This document shows, piece after piece, positions 1 to 8,952 of a DNA stretch of 33,050 bases. The notes under the pieces are model-generated. The model saw nothing but the letters and a program-made list of their open reading frames with translations, was not told where the DNA came from and did no database searches. The translations under genes were made by a program, and so were the position numbers. The DNA comes from a virus. Taxonomy: Duplodnaviria > Caudoviricetes. The stretch spans positions 1 through 33,050 of IMG/VR virus record IMGVR_UViG_3300040736_000109, one strand, 5' to 3'. The first letter of the stretch is position 1. Each line of letters begins with the position of its first letter.

Positions 1-513
1 TCAGGCCCAGGCCTCCATATCGCTTTCGGCTGAGTCCATCCCGGCATTGATCGAGTCCGAATAGGACTCTTCGGTTGCGGATTCGACATTCTCGTAGGGC
101 TGCCCGTCCTCGGAATCCTCGTCGGTCAGGGTCTCGATGAAGGTGACATCCACCTCGGCCGCCCGGATGGAATCGTCATGCCTTACGGAGACCGACTGCA
201 CACACCCCTTGATCGGTCCGTATTGCGGATGCACCAGCTCAAAATACTCGTGCGAGTGCAGGTGATCGAGAAGCGCCTGGTGGGCGTCATAGGTATTATG
301 GAATGCGAAATCGTCCCAAAAGTAGCAGCGAATCCGGATCTGTCGCGCCTTCTGCCCCATGTCTTCAAGCAGCGCCCCGTCCTTGTACGGAAACTCGTAC
401 TGGGCAATGGCCTTCTCGAAGCCGTCTTCGATAGTCTCTATCTCCAGGAAGATCCCGTCGAGTTCGGCATTGTAGAGCCGTTTGTAAATCGAGGTTGCCA
501 GTTCAGCCAGCAT
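1..513 (-). CDS. Mu gpN-like DNA circularization protein, N-terminal domain (short, 170 aa)
   Basis: Motifs 'IAQYEFPYKDGALLEDMG' and 'ELVHPQYG' typical of DNA_circ_N; directly follows the tape measure gene; stop TGA at 1-3. Confidence 0.8.
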   Translation of the reverse strand: MLAELATSIYKRLYNAELDGIFLEIETIEDGFEKAIAQYEFPYKDGALLEDMGQKARQIRIRCYFWDDFAFHNTYDAHQALLDHLHSHEYFELVHPQYGPIKGCVQSVSVRHDDSIRAAEVDVTFIETLTDEDSEDGQPYENVESATEESYSDSINAGMDSAESDMEAWA

Positions 514-2348
514 CAGAATCCGCCCCGGTTCAGGTTGATTTCGGTGGTTGTGTTCAGATCATTGGTGGTCGTTGTTACTCGCCCGGCCTGGTCAATGCGA
601 ATGTTGAGCCGGATCTCGTTTTTGATGTCTTTAATGGCCCGTGCCAGCTTTTCGTTTTCCTGCTGCAATACGGTCTCGATAGGGCCTGTGTCGATTGTCG
701 CACGACGTCTGAGCTCCTCATCGATGGCCTTGATCTGAAACGAATCGGGGCCTCCGCCCATCACCATTTGTTGGGCTCGAATCGTCCCCAGCTTCTCTTC
801 CGACCACAGGTTGAGCTCCCGCCTGCCCAGCCACTGGCCGATTTCTCTGGCGCCCAGCGCGAATCCTGCCACACCAGCCCCGGCCGCGCCGGCCAACCCG
901 AGTTGGGCAAGGGCTGACGTTCCTCCAGCTGTTACCGGCAGCGGGGCTTTCCCAGCGATTCCTCCGCCGATGCCCCCATCCGGCCAGTTGGTGACAAAGA
1001 CCGGCGCAACGCCCGTTACCGCTTCTACGACTTTCCCTTCAGCCACGCCCAGGGCGGTCGCCCCGCCGCTTTTCAAGAGCTTTCCGGCCACGGAACCGAT
1101 GGCCTTTGTGCCATAGCGCATGGCGAGCGCCGCTCCCAGGACCGCTGCAGCACTGCCGCCGATGATCTCGCCTCCGGAGAGCTCCAGGCCACCTTCCGTT
1201 TTCTTGTTGAGCCCGTATTGAATAAGCTTCTGAACGGCATCGTTGATGGGTCTCGCGAAGCTGTCCGCGGCTTCCCGAAGGGCGTTTTTGAGCCGTCCGG
1301 TCTGGTCCACCGCATTGGCGACCGCCTGAGGCAAATCACGCTCCAATGTGCCCCCAGCTTCATTGATCTCACGGGTAAACCCTCGGGCTTTGGAGAGCAT
1401 ATCGCCACCGAAAAGGGTCATGAGCCCTTTCCGGGTTTCGGTATCCATCTCACCGAACGCCTCGCCGATAAAGCTGGATTGCTTCTGTTCGGTCTTAAGC
1501 TTTTTGAATTTCTTTTTCAGGTCCTCAAGGATGTCCAGAACATCCCGCCGCGCCCCCTTCTTATCGAAGAACCTGACTCCGGTCGCTTTCTGTGCCTTCT
1601 CCATGTACTTCACATTGGTGAAAAGCCGCAGGGTCGAATCCACCAGGGTCCCAAGGCGCTCCGGCTGCCGTTCTACCATCGAGAGCGTTTCGATCAGGGC
1701 GAGGGTCTTGTCAAAATTCAACCCGGCTGATTTGGCGTTGACGCCGACTCTAGCAAAGATATCGGACAGGTTCTGTAATTCGGCATTACCGAGCCTGCCC
1801 GCTACGGTCATCCGATCCAGAAGAGCCAGTGCCTGGCCGGGTTTGGCCAGATTGAATTGAAAGGCCGTTGCGGCTACAGTCAACCCGGATGAGAGGATTT
1901 GAGCCTGCGCGCCGGTTACAGCCATTGCGACGTTGATGCCTTCGAGGGTCTGTTTGGCTTCTTCCATACTGAGCCCGGACTGAACCAGGGCATCGAAGCC
2001 TTCTTTGAGCTGGTCGACCGATTGCCCAGTTTGCCTGCCCATCCGGAAAAGATCGGTGCGCAGCGCTTCGACCTTCGCCGAAGATGCCCCCGCCGTCTGC
2101 CCGATTTGCGTCATGGATTTATCGAGCCTGGCGGATTCCGCAGCCAGGGCTACCGCCCCGACAGAGAGCCCAAGAGATGCAATCGTCCCCTGGAGCGACC
2201 CGACCGATGCGGCGAGCCCCCGGAATTCACCCTTGACCGCATGAGACCACCTGAAGACTGAACCCTTTACTTCATTAAGTGTTCGTTTGACCCCGGCTGC
2301 ATTCCCGGTGAATTCTAAGGCTACCCGCAAAGTCTTGGACATCGACAA
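513..2348 (-). CDS. Tail tape measure protein
   Basis: 611 aa, Ala/Gly-rich and helical; TP901-like core and 'PVFVTNWP' motif; located after the tail chaperone. Confidence 0.9.
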   Translation of the reverse strand: MSMSKTLRVALEFTGNAAGVKRTLNEVKGSVFRWSHAVKGEFRGLAASVGSLQGTIASLGLSVGAVALAAESARLDKSMTQIGQTAGASSAKVEALRTDLFRMGRQTGQSVDQLKEGFDALVQSGLSMEEAKQTLEGINVAMAVTGAQAQILSSGLTVAATAFQFNLAKPGQALALLDRMTVAGRLGNAELQNLSDIFARVGVNAKSAGLNFDKTLALIETLSMVERQPERLGTLVDSTLRLFTNVKYMEKAQKATGVRFFDKKGARRDVLDILEDLKKKFKKLKTEQKQSSFIGEAFGEMDTETRKGLMTLFGGDMLSKARGFTREINEAGGTLERDLPQAVANAVDQTGRLKNALREAADSFARPINDAVQKLIQYGLNKKTEGGLELSGGEIIGGSAAAVLGAALAMRYGTKAIGSVAGKLLKSGGATALGVAEGKVVEAVTGVAPVFVTNWPDGGIGGGIAGKAPLPVTAGGTSALAQLGLAGAAGAGVAGFALGAREIGQWLGRRELNLWSEEKLGTIRAQQMVMGGGPDSFQIKAIDEELRRRATIDTGPIETVLQQENEKLARAIKDIKNEIRLNIRIDQAGRVTTTTNDLNTTTEINLNRGGF

Positions 2349-2358
2349 ACTCGTTTTT

Positions 2359-2460
2359 TAGGCTATGGGCTGTAGGCTATGGGCTATGGGTTTTGCTTTT
2401 CCTATCGCCCATCGCCTATGGCCTATCGCCCGTTGTTGCCTATCGCCTGTTATCGCCTTA
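2359..2460. repeat. Heptamer-armed hairpin element, copy 1
   Basis: (GGCTATG/GGCTGTA)n - TTTTGCTTTT - (CCTATCG/CCCATCG)n on + strand. Confidence 0.9.
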
Positions 2461-2623
2461 CAACGTATCGTTTCTTCCCGCCCGGGGGCTTATTCATTGC
2501 AGCATAAGCATCCAGATAGGCCATCGCGTCAGGCAAGCTCATCCCCTCCGCCTCGTCACGACTGAAGCCGAGCTTCATCATTGCCAGTTGAACCATTCGG
2601 TGAGGTTCCAGCTTCGATTCGAA
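2450..2623 (-). CDS. Frameshift extension of the tail assembly chaperone (lambda T / Mu gp41.1-like)
   Basis: Overlaps the 3' end of the chaperone in the +1 frame; 'LGFSRDEAEGMSLPDAMAYL' resembles GT-type extensions; lies just before the tape measure gene. Confidence 0.6.
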   Translation of the reverse strand, partial: FESKLEPHRMVQLAMMKLGFSRDEAEGMSLPDAMAYLDAYAAMNKPPGGKKRYVVRR

Positions 2624-2930
2624 ACAGTCTCCGCCGGTCTTGCAGCCTCGCACATGCGCTCAGGAGCTCCTCGTAATCGTCTTTCGACAGGTCCAGGATG
2701 AGGTCTGGCGTAACCCGGTCGCCGGGCAGTCCGGAGATAGTGAGCCGGGCGGCCAGGATGCATGTCGAATAGAACAGGTCGTTCTTCACCGCCCGGGCAG
2801 CCCGAACCGGATCGTCAAAGACTCCCACCACGTCCCGGACCATCTGTTCCCGAACCTCGTATTCTCTAAGGATCTCCCCGCCATATTCCACGCCGTCCGG
2901 CAGGGTCCCTTTCTCAGTCATAACAGCCAC
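2556..2930 (-). CDS. Tail assembly chaperone (Mu gp41-like)
   Basis: Between tube and tape measure; 'TLPDGVEYGG' and 'LDLSKDDYEEL' patterns; GTG start with AAGGAG RBS. Confidence 0.75.
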   Translation of the reverse strand: MAVMTEKGTLPDGVEYGGEILREYEVREQMVRDVVGVFDDPVRAARAVKNDLFYSTCILAARLTISGLPGDRVTPDLILDLSKDDYEELLSACARLQDRRRLFRIEAGTSPNGSTGNDEARLQS

Positions 2931-2947
2931 AAATGCTCCTTTTTCTC

Positions 2948-3055
2948 AGGCGATAGGCTATGGGCTCTAGGCTATGGGCTATGGGCTATGGGTTTTGCTT
3001 TTCCTATCGCCTATGGCCCATTGCCTATCGCCTGCTCTTGCCTATGGCCTGCCTA
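2948..3055. repeat. Heptamer-armed hairpin element, copy 2
   Basis: Same arms and TTTTGCTTTT loop; starts at the tube gene TAG and ends at the chaperone RBS. Confidence 0.9.
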
Positions 3056-3412
3056 CAGCACCAGCCGGTCTTCGGCGCTGAATTCAATCGTCTGGGTCGC
3101 TTCCTTCTCGCCGTCGTAGGTCACCTTGCCTATCTTGGTTGTGCGGACCCCGACGTAGATCACCCGTCGGTTGTTCTGGTGGTCGATGGTGAGCACTCCG
3201 CCGATGACAGCCGTGAAGTCGAAGGGGGTCGAATCCGACGGGATGATATAATCCACACTGACTCCATAGCGCGGCAGCATGGCAATGTGCCCCGTCTTAT
3301 TCATGAGGTTCACCGGCTTCGCCAGCTCGAAATCCTGCTCTTCCACGCTGTTGAAATCCTCGACGGACACCCCGTTTATTTCGAGCAGTACCCTGGATAC
3401 GTAATCAGACAT
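3053..3412 (-). CDS. Tail tube protein
   Basis: 119 aa, beta-rich, immediately after the sheath gene; AAGGAG RBS. Confidence 0.8.
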   Translation of the reverse strand: MSDYVSRVLLEINGVSVEDFNSVEEQDFELAKPVNLMNKTGHIAMLPRYGVSVDYIIPSDSTPFDFTAVIGGVLTIDHQNNRRVIYVGVRTTKIGKVTYDGEKEATQTIEFSAEDRLVL

Positions 3413-3429
3413 TTGAAACTCCTTGTTTT

Positions 3430-3520
3430 TAGGCTCTAGGCTCTAGGCTATGGGCTATGGGCTATGGGCTATGGGTTTTGCTTTTCCTATCGCCCATCGC
3501 CTATCGCCTGCTCTTGCCTA
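3430..3520. repeat. Heptamer-armed hairpin element, copy 3
   Basis: Same architecture; spans the sheath stop codon to the tube RBS. Confidence 0.9.
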
Positions 3521-5224
3521 TAACAGCAGATCAATCCGCCCCGCGAACACATGCAGCCCGTTGACCACATCGACCGGTATCTTGGCATCCAGCCGGTTAG
3601 GGTCCTGGAGATCCCGTTCGACAATAAGGCCGTCTGCATTAGCGTCCACCTCTTCGACAATCTCCAACGCTTCGAGGCTCTTCAGGACATCCATCAGCTC
3701 CGCCCGCACCTTGTCCGGGGTCTTCGTGGAGAGCTTCTCCCTGGGGAAACGCAATACAATCCGGGTGCGGCAGGCCGCTCGGACATAATCCAGCGTCCTA
3801 ATGGTGGTCACATCGAGGAGGGATATATCGTCCACGCCCTCCGGGTTATGGATGTAGGTCGTGATCGCACGCACGATCTGCACTTTCTCTCCAGGGCCAA
3901 CCTCCAGCGGGGTTACGCCGTTGTAGAGCAATGATTCCTGCTCGGTTCGGGACAGCCTGTCCGCAATAGCCGGCGCATGGATCTTCTTGAGCTCCAGGGT
4001 GTTGAGCGGTCTGGCCGGGTCTTCCTCGGAAGCCATGACCCCCGCGAAGGCTGAGGCCACCTCATAGGAGATGCTCCGGGTCCCCCGCAGAAACGGCCCA
4101 ATAACCCGCCCGGAATTGATCTGCCCGGCCAGTGTGGTCGCAGCGGCAAGCGTACCCGTCGTGGCGAACACCCCGACCGCCCCGCGCTGCTCCAATGGTC
4201 CGGACACACTGTCCAGGTGGTCCACCAGGTCGCCGAGCGTGGTCGCATCGTTGAACGGGCAAACAATAATGGTGTAATCTTCCGGATAGATGGCGGTGAG
4301 GGCGTCGCCGATATCCGGATCTACGGTTCCGCTAGCCATAGCGACCACTGTAGCGGTTACGCCCAGGGCGGTATTCTCTGCGCTCAGATTGATCTGGTTG
4401 CCGATTGTGCCCTTGTTCTTGGCCGTAACCGTAATGACCCCGGCCGCCACTTTGGCCGTAAGCGGCAGGTCCGCGTACTTGGCGATCTCCAGATTGAGCG
4501 CCGTCGCGATCTCCGCCGCCGTGTCTCCGGACTCGATGCCGACCTCGATATCCACGTTGCCGATATAGAGCGTAACACTGCCCGAAGCGGTGGCTGTTCC
4601 GGCAATTGTAACCGTCCCGGAGGCTGCCACCGGGCCGCCTGACGCGTCGTCCACCGCGCAGATGCTCAGATCCAGGTAGGCATACGCATTGATTGCAGCC
4701 CTCGCCATGAGATGCACCATCGAGCCATAGCCGAAATAGACAGCAGCTTCGTCGTCGGAGAAGACCCGTGTCGGAACCTCCTTTGCCACCGTCGGCTCCG
4801 GCCATGCCGTAAAATTCCACTGGTCATCCAAAGCGTGCCCCGTTGTTGCTCCAAAGGTCACCGTCACACCGTCCTGTAATGTTTGAGCCGATCCGGTCAC
4901 ACTCACCTCGGCTGACCAGGTGGCGCCCCCATCATCGGACCACTTGAACTTGTCGGTTGCGGCTGCCGTCGAGATTTTGATCTGGAAGTTGGTGGTAGCC
5001 AATCCGGTGTAAGTCCCCCCGGATATGCAATCGTTCAGTGTCCCGCCCTGCCAGGTAGCCGGATCGATCCTGGCGCCGAGCCGCTGACCGATCAGCAGCA
5101 CCCTCTGGATATTGGCGGGCAGCGTCCTTACAGCCAACCTTGTGTTGAACTCAAAATACTTCCCCGGCTTCCTGATCGTCGCCGGGATCTGGTCGAAACT
5201 GATGTTGGTTGATGCCATCATCAA
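3518..5224 (-). CDS. Tail sheath protein (Mu gpL-like)
   Basis: N-terminal 'ISFDQIPATIRKPGKYFEF' and C-terminal 'DPNRLDAKIPVDVVNGLHVFA', 'LLYNGVTPL', 'RAITTY' are gpL-family motifs. Confidence 0.95.
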   Translation of the reverse strand: MMMASTNISFDQIPATIRKPGKYFEFNTRLAVRTLPANIQRVLLIGQRLGARIDPATWQGGTLNDCISGGTYTGLATTNFQIKISTAAATDKFKWSDDGGATWSAEVSVTGSAQTLQDGVTVTFGATTGHALDDQWNFTAWPEPTVAKEVPTRVFSDDEAAVYFGYGSMVHLMARAAINAYAYLDLSICAVDDASGGPVAASGTVTIAGTATASGSVTLYIGNVDIEVGIESGDTAAEIATALNLEIAKYADLPLTAKVAAGVITVTAKNKGTIGNQINLSAENTALGVTATVVAMASGTVDPDIGDALTAIYPEDYTIIVCPFNDATTLGDLVDHLDSVSGPLEQRGAVGVFATTGTLAAATTLAGQINSGRVIGPFLRGTRSISYEVASAFAGVMASEEDPARPLNTLELKKIHAPAIADRLSRTEQESLLYNGVTPLEVGPGEKVQIVRAITTYIHNPEGVDDISLLDVTTIRTLDYVRAACRTRIVLRFPREKLSTKTPDKVRAELMDVLKSLEALEIVEEVDANADGLIVERDLQDPNRLDAKIPVDVVNGLHVFAGRIDLLL

Positions 5225-5430
5225 TCCTCCTTGACAGGTTTGGGCATAGCTTTGCGGCTCGCCTGCGCCACAGGTTCCGGCTGAACAACGGTCAACGAAC
5301 CGTCGGCCAACAGGCGCCTGTAATAGATGGTTTCAGGAACTTCCTGGGGCGCACTGTCCGTAATGTACACCCTGGGCTTCTTCTCTTTTGGGCACCGTGT
5401 GCCGGGGGCTGATATGACTTTCATTTTCAC
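5221..5430 (-). CDS. DUF2635-like small protein (Mu gp38-like)
   Basis: 'VPETIYYRRLLADGSL' motif; sits just before the sheath gene. Confidence 0.8.
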   Translation of the reverse strand: MKMKVISAPGTRCPKEKKPRVYITDSAPQEVPETIYYRRLLADGSLTVVQPEPVAQASRKAMPKPVKED

Positions 5431-5460
5431 TTCTCCTTGTCCCAGTCTCTTTGCATCGGC

Positions 5461-5991
5461 CTAATCCCCCTGGAGCGTCAGTAAATCGCTGGCGTCCACC
5501 ACATCATCATCGGGCTGCAGGTAGTAGTTGAGCCCGACCCGGAGCAGATCGACCGTGACTTCATCGTCGACACGGGTCATGGTCATGCCGGTTTCGAGCT
5601 CCAGCGAAAACGAGATGAGCCCCTTCTCACCCAGTTCATCCGTTGTTGTGTTGCTGAATGATTTGGGGCGCAGCGGGGAGATGTTCAAATCGAGATCCTG
5701 GAGCATCAGAGACAGAATGATCGATTTGAGAATGAGAAAGATGCCCTTGCGCCGTTCGAGCTCGCTCGATAAATGCTTGAAGATGATGTCCACGTAGATC
5801 TTCAATTGGACCTTATAGGTCGATTGGCTCACCTTCATAAATTCCCCCGCATCGACGGAGGCATAAACAGCCGGTTGCGGAATACCGCTCACACCGCGCT
5901 GCACATCGACGCGGCGGGCCGCATCGGCCAGGCTCGTGGTCAGCCTGGTTACAATGGCTTCTTCGATGTCGGAAAAGGTCAGGTCGGCCAT
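5461..5991 (-). CDS. Mu gp37-like neck / tail terminator protein (DUF1834-like)
   Basis: 'IEEAIVTRL...PAVY' pattern; synteny between gp36 and gp38. Confidence 0.7.
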   Translation of the reverse strand: MADLTFSDIEEAIVTRLTTSLADAARRVDVQRGVSGIPQPAVYASVDAGEFMKVSQSTYKVQLKIYVDIIFKHLSSELERRKGIFLILKSIILSLMLQDLDLNISPLRPKSFSNTTTDELGEKGLISFSLELETGMTMTRVDDEVTVDLLRVGLNYYLQPDDDVVDASDLLTLQGD

Positions 5992-5992
5992 A

Positions 5993-6433
5993 TCAATAAC
6001 CCTTCAGGGTTTCGCGCGTGAAAACCCGGTCTCCGGGAGATGAAATCGAGACGGGTGTCGTCGAGGGCACCCGGCTGTCGGTCTCATCGGCGAGGGTCCC
6101 CAAATTGATGTTGCCCTTCCGGATCGCTTCGAGCATTTTGACTGAGCTTTCGTAGCTCTCACGGATCGGCTCGGGAACCGACAATTTCATTTTGAGCCGG
6201 TAGAGCCGATAGATGCTCAGTTCGACCGCCAACGGCTTGAGAATCCCAGGAACTGGATCGAGAGGCAGATTGTAGGGACCGCGCAGATAGCCATCGATGA
6301 GCTCGCCGGCCCATGCAATGGCGGCATCGGTCTTGTCCTCCTCGATAACGCCTTGCCCCGTCTCATCCGTCAATTCAATGAGGTCGCTTTCCTCGGCGCA
6401 TTCCTTGAGATCATTCAGGGTGCAATAGTTCAT
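5993..6433 (-). CDS. Head-tail adaptor (Mu gp36 / DUF1320)
   Basis: 'MNYCTLNDL', 'IDGYLRGPYNLPL', 'LEAIRKGNINLG', 'RVFTR' motifs. Confidence 0.9.
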   Translation of the reverse strand: MNYCTLNDLKECAEESDLIELTDETGQGVIEEDKTDAAIAWAGELIDGYLRGPYNLPLDPVPGILKPLAVELSIYRLYRLKMKLSVPEPIRESYESSVKMLEAIRKGNINLGTLADETDSRVPSTTPVSISSPGDRVFTRETLKGY

Positions 6434-6666
6434 GATGCGGATCGCCTCCGCTTCCTGGCCACATCGCGGCTGGAAGCCGCTCCTACGTCGGGCGCCGAAG
6501 CCGGCGGATCTTCGCGAACCGCCCGCACAACAGTCAGCATTGGCTCGGCTTCGAGCCTGGCCAGCTCGCCGGCACTGAAACGGTCATCGGGGTATTCCGT
6601 CCATTCGGCCGGATGGGCCATGCCGCAGCGCCGGAAGCCGGGTCGTTTCGATTTGATCTTGATCAT
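6430..6666 (-). CDS. HI1506-like small head-associated protein
   Basis: 'GFRRCGMAH...LEAEPMLTV' motif; follows the major capsid gene. Confidence 0.75.
   Translation of the reverse strand: MIKIKSKRPGFRRCGMAHPAEWTEYPDDRFSAGELARLEAEPMLTVVRAVREDPPASAPDVGAASSRDVARKRRRSAS
6463..6486 (-). repeat. GTAG-type REP-like palindrome inside a CDS
   Basis: GTAGGAGCGGCTTCCAGCCGCGAT, read in frame as VGAASSRD. Confidence 0.75.
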
Positions 6667-6682
6667 AAAGACCCCCTGTGGG

Positions 6683-6793
6683 AGGCGATAGGCTCTAGGC
6701 TATGGGCTACAGGCTCTAGGCTATGGGCCCGGTTTTCCTATTGCCTATCGCCCATTGCCTATAGCCTGTTGTTGCCTATCGCCTGTTCTTGCC
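6683..6793. repeat. Heptamer-armed hairpin element, copy 4
   Basis: Arms as in the other copies; loop variant CCCGGTTTT. Confidence 0.9.
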
Positions 6794-6794
6794 C

Positions 6795-7673
6795 TTATGC
6801 CAGCCAGGGCACCACAACCAGCTGAGCCGTGCGGTACCAGACGTTGCTGGCCCCGGTCGCATCGAACTGGGCTTCCACGACCGCCCTGGCGGAGGCCTCC
6901 AGGGTGGGGGGTACCACCAGGTGCGTCGGCGTGATGCCCAGGGGCACCAGGTTGTCGTTGGTGAAGCTCATCATGGCAGCGCGGGCGGCGGCGTAGTTGG
7001 TCGTGTTGAGCGTGCTTTTGCTGCCGTACGCGAGCTGCCAGAGTCCATACCCGACGTTCTTGCGGTCATCGACCCCGTAGCGGAATTTCTTCCTCATAAA
7101 CACGTTTTCGTCGTCGGGTCGATCCATCGCCACAAACTCAGGGCGCTTTCGAACCTGGAGAATGATGGGCTTCAAGGGCCTCGATAGATCGAGGAGATAC
7201 CAGGGAGTGCTTGAACCCCCGCCGTCGTTGGAAACCGATGCGCCGGCAACCGTGTGGTCGTCGTCGAAAAAGTACTGTCCGTCGTAGCAGGTGGTGTCGA
7301 AGCCGGCCTTGAGCAGTGCGAAAACCAGGAGATCCGGGTGCTGCCGGGCGGCGGCTCCGAGGCCCTGGATCATCGGAGTATAGACGCCGATCTGATCGTC
7401 CTCGATGTCGTCCCGGTCCACTTCCACGGTCGCTTCGTAGCTCTTGTTGGTGATTTCGTACTTGAAGGCGGAAAGGTCCTTGATCACGCGATCTCCGACC
7501 CATTCCTGCATCATGGGGAAATCGCCGAGCCACTTGTAATCCACCGACCGGCCGGCGCTGGGCGCCTGCATGGCCACAATCGGCCATTGGGAGGGTGCCC
7601 CGTCGAAGGCCTGGTTGAAAACAGTGCTGAAGCTCTTGTAGATCCCGCTCAGATTCGATTGATTGATGATCAT
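6795..7673 (-). CDS. Major capsid protein (Mu gpT family)
   Basis: 'YKWLGDFPMMQEWVGDRVI', 'DDIEDDQIGVY', 'CYDGQYFFDDDH', 'GYGLWQLAYGS', 'PTHLVVPP' motifs. Confidence 0.96.
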   Translation of the reverse strand: MIINQSNLSGIYKSFSTVFNQAFDGAPSQWPIVAMQAPSAGRSVDYKWLGDFPMMQEWVGDRVIKDLSAFKYEITNKSYEATVEVDRDDIEDDQIGVYTPMIQGLGAAARQHPDLLVFALLKAGFDTTCYDGQYFFDDDHTVAGASVSNDGGGSSTPWYLLDLSRPLKPIILQVRKRPEFVAMDRPDDENVFMRKKFRYGVDDRKNVGYGLWQLAYGSKSTLNTTNYAAARAAMMSFTNDNLVPLGITPTHLVVPPTLEASARAVVEAQFDATGASNVWYRTAQLVVVPWLA

Positions 7674-7691
7674 TTCAAAACTCCTTTTTTC

Positions 7692-7783
7692 TAGGCTCTA
7701 GGCTCTAGGCTATAGGCTCTAGGCTCGGTTTCCCTATTGCCTATCGCCCATTGCCTATTGCCTGTTGTTGTCTATAGCCTGCC
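7692..7783. repeat. Heptamer-armed hairpin element, copy 5
   Basis: Loop variant CTCGGTTTC; ends next to the capsid RBS AAAAAAGGAG. Confidence 0.9.
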
Positions 7784-7784
7784 T

Positions 7785-8864
7785 TTACGCCGTTAGCAGT
7801 TTCTTCTGGTATTCGATCCAGGCCGCCAGCATGATGACGTCATCCGTGCCGAGGGTGCCATCCTTTGGCTTGAGCGTCAGCTCCATCGCCGCCGGATAAG
7901 CCGTCAGGTTGGCCAGGGCCAGGGTCAGGGTCACTTCCTGGACCGTCTTGGCCGTGGCGTCTCCAGTCATGGCCCCGGTGTCCCCTCCGAAATCGGAATC
8001 GGCGTCATACGCCGCGCCGACATCGTTGTTATAGGCCACTACCGTGAACTTGGTAGCGTCGCCCACCGTCGCCCCGGTCTTGGCCGCCAGAATGTGCAGC
8101 ACCATGTTGGCGGTGACATCGGCATCGGGGGGGACAATCACCTTGGTCCCCACGGCTCCTGGAGTTGCGTGGTTATTCCAGCGAATGCCGAGGCCCTTCG
8201 CCGTTACGCAAAAACCGGGTGTCGGGCTGGCGCCGTCACTGAATGCGGCCAGGGCGACCCCGGCGTCGGTAATGGTCGGCATGGGGATCGGGGTGATGCC
8301 CTTGGCGGTCAGCAGGCTGGCATAGATCTCCTGGAGCGCCGCTTCGACCTGGGCTGTAGCGGTGTGGTTCCCGGCATCGGCGATAGAGATTGCGCTCGCG
8401 GCGTGAGCGGCGGATGTGTCGGCGATGTGCACGGCCACATCCGTCTGGAGCAGGGCGGGGAAAATATCCACCCAGACCTGGGTCGATGACTCGATAGCGG
8501 CGATGAAACCGCAGTAGATCGAATAGGTGACACTGGCGGACAGGGCAACGGTCTGGTCATCCTTGATGAAAACCGACTTCCCGACGTCGTCCTGGGTAAC
8601 GCTGGTGTAGATGTTAAACAGGAAAACCCCGCGGCGGCGAAGGATAACATCCAGGTCTCCTTCCGATCCGGCTGCGTTGTCGGCGGCCTGCGTGGCGACA
8701 CCGGCGAAGACCTTTCCGGTGGCATCACTTGCGGCTTCGGCGGCCCGCGTGGTGCCATCGAGGTTGACCAGGCTGCCGGCGTAAATGGTTTTAGCGGCTC
8801 CCACCGGCATGGGCAGCTCCACTCCTTCCTTGTACGGGGCCTTGCGATCAGCGGATAATGCCAT
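7785..8864 (-). CDS. Capsid decoration/cement protein with a long C-terminal extension
   Basis: The first ~135 aa ('IYAGSLV', 'FAGVA', 'DVGKSVFIKDDQTV', 'VWVDI') resemble the small protein between protease and capsid in Mu-like phages; then ~220 extra aa. Confidence 0.65.
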   Translation of the reverse strand: MALSADRKAPYKEGVELPMPVGAAKTIYAGSLVNLDGTTRAAEAASDATGKVFAGVATQAADNAAGSEGDLDVILRRRGVFLFNIYTSVTQDDVGKSVFIKDDQTVALSASVTYSIYCGFIAAIESSTQVWVDIFPALLQTDVAVHIADTSAAHAASAISIADAGNHTATAQVEAALQEIYASLLTAKGITPIPMPTITDAGVALAAFSDGASPTPGFCVTAKGLGIRWNNHATPGAVGTKVIVPPDADVTANMVLHILAAKTGATVGDATKFTVVAYNNDVGAAYDADSDFGGDTGAMTGDATAKTVQEVTLTLALANLTAYPAAMELTLKPKDGTLGTDDVIMLAAWIEYQKKLLTA

Positions 8865-8879
8865 CTCAAACTCCTTTTC

Positions 8880-8952
8880 AGGCTATGGGCAATGGGCGAT
8901 AGGCTATAGGAAAAGCAAAACCAATGGCCTAGAGCCTAGAGCCTATCGCCTA
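8880..8952. repeat. Heptamer-armed hairpin element, copy 6 (inverted)
   Basis: Loop reads GGAAAAGCAAAACC on +, the reverse complement of the loop in copies 1-3. Confidence 0.88.

Noticed and set aside
2365-3788. Plus-strand ORFs beginning 'MGYGLWAMGFAFPIA' (2365, 2960, 3450)
   Set aside because: Translations of the heptamer arrays running antisense to clear tail genes.
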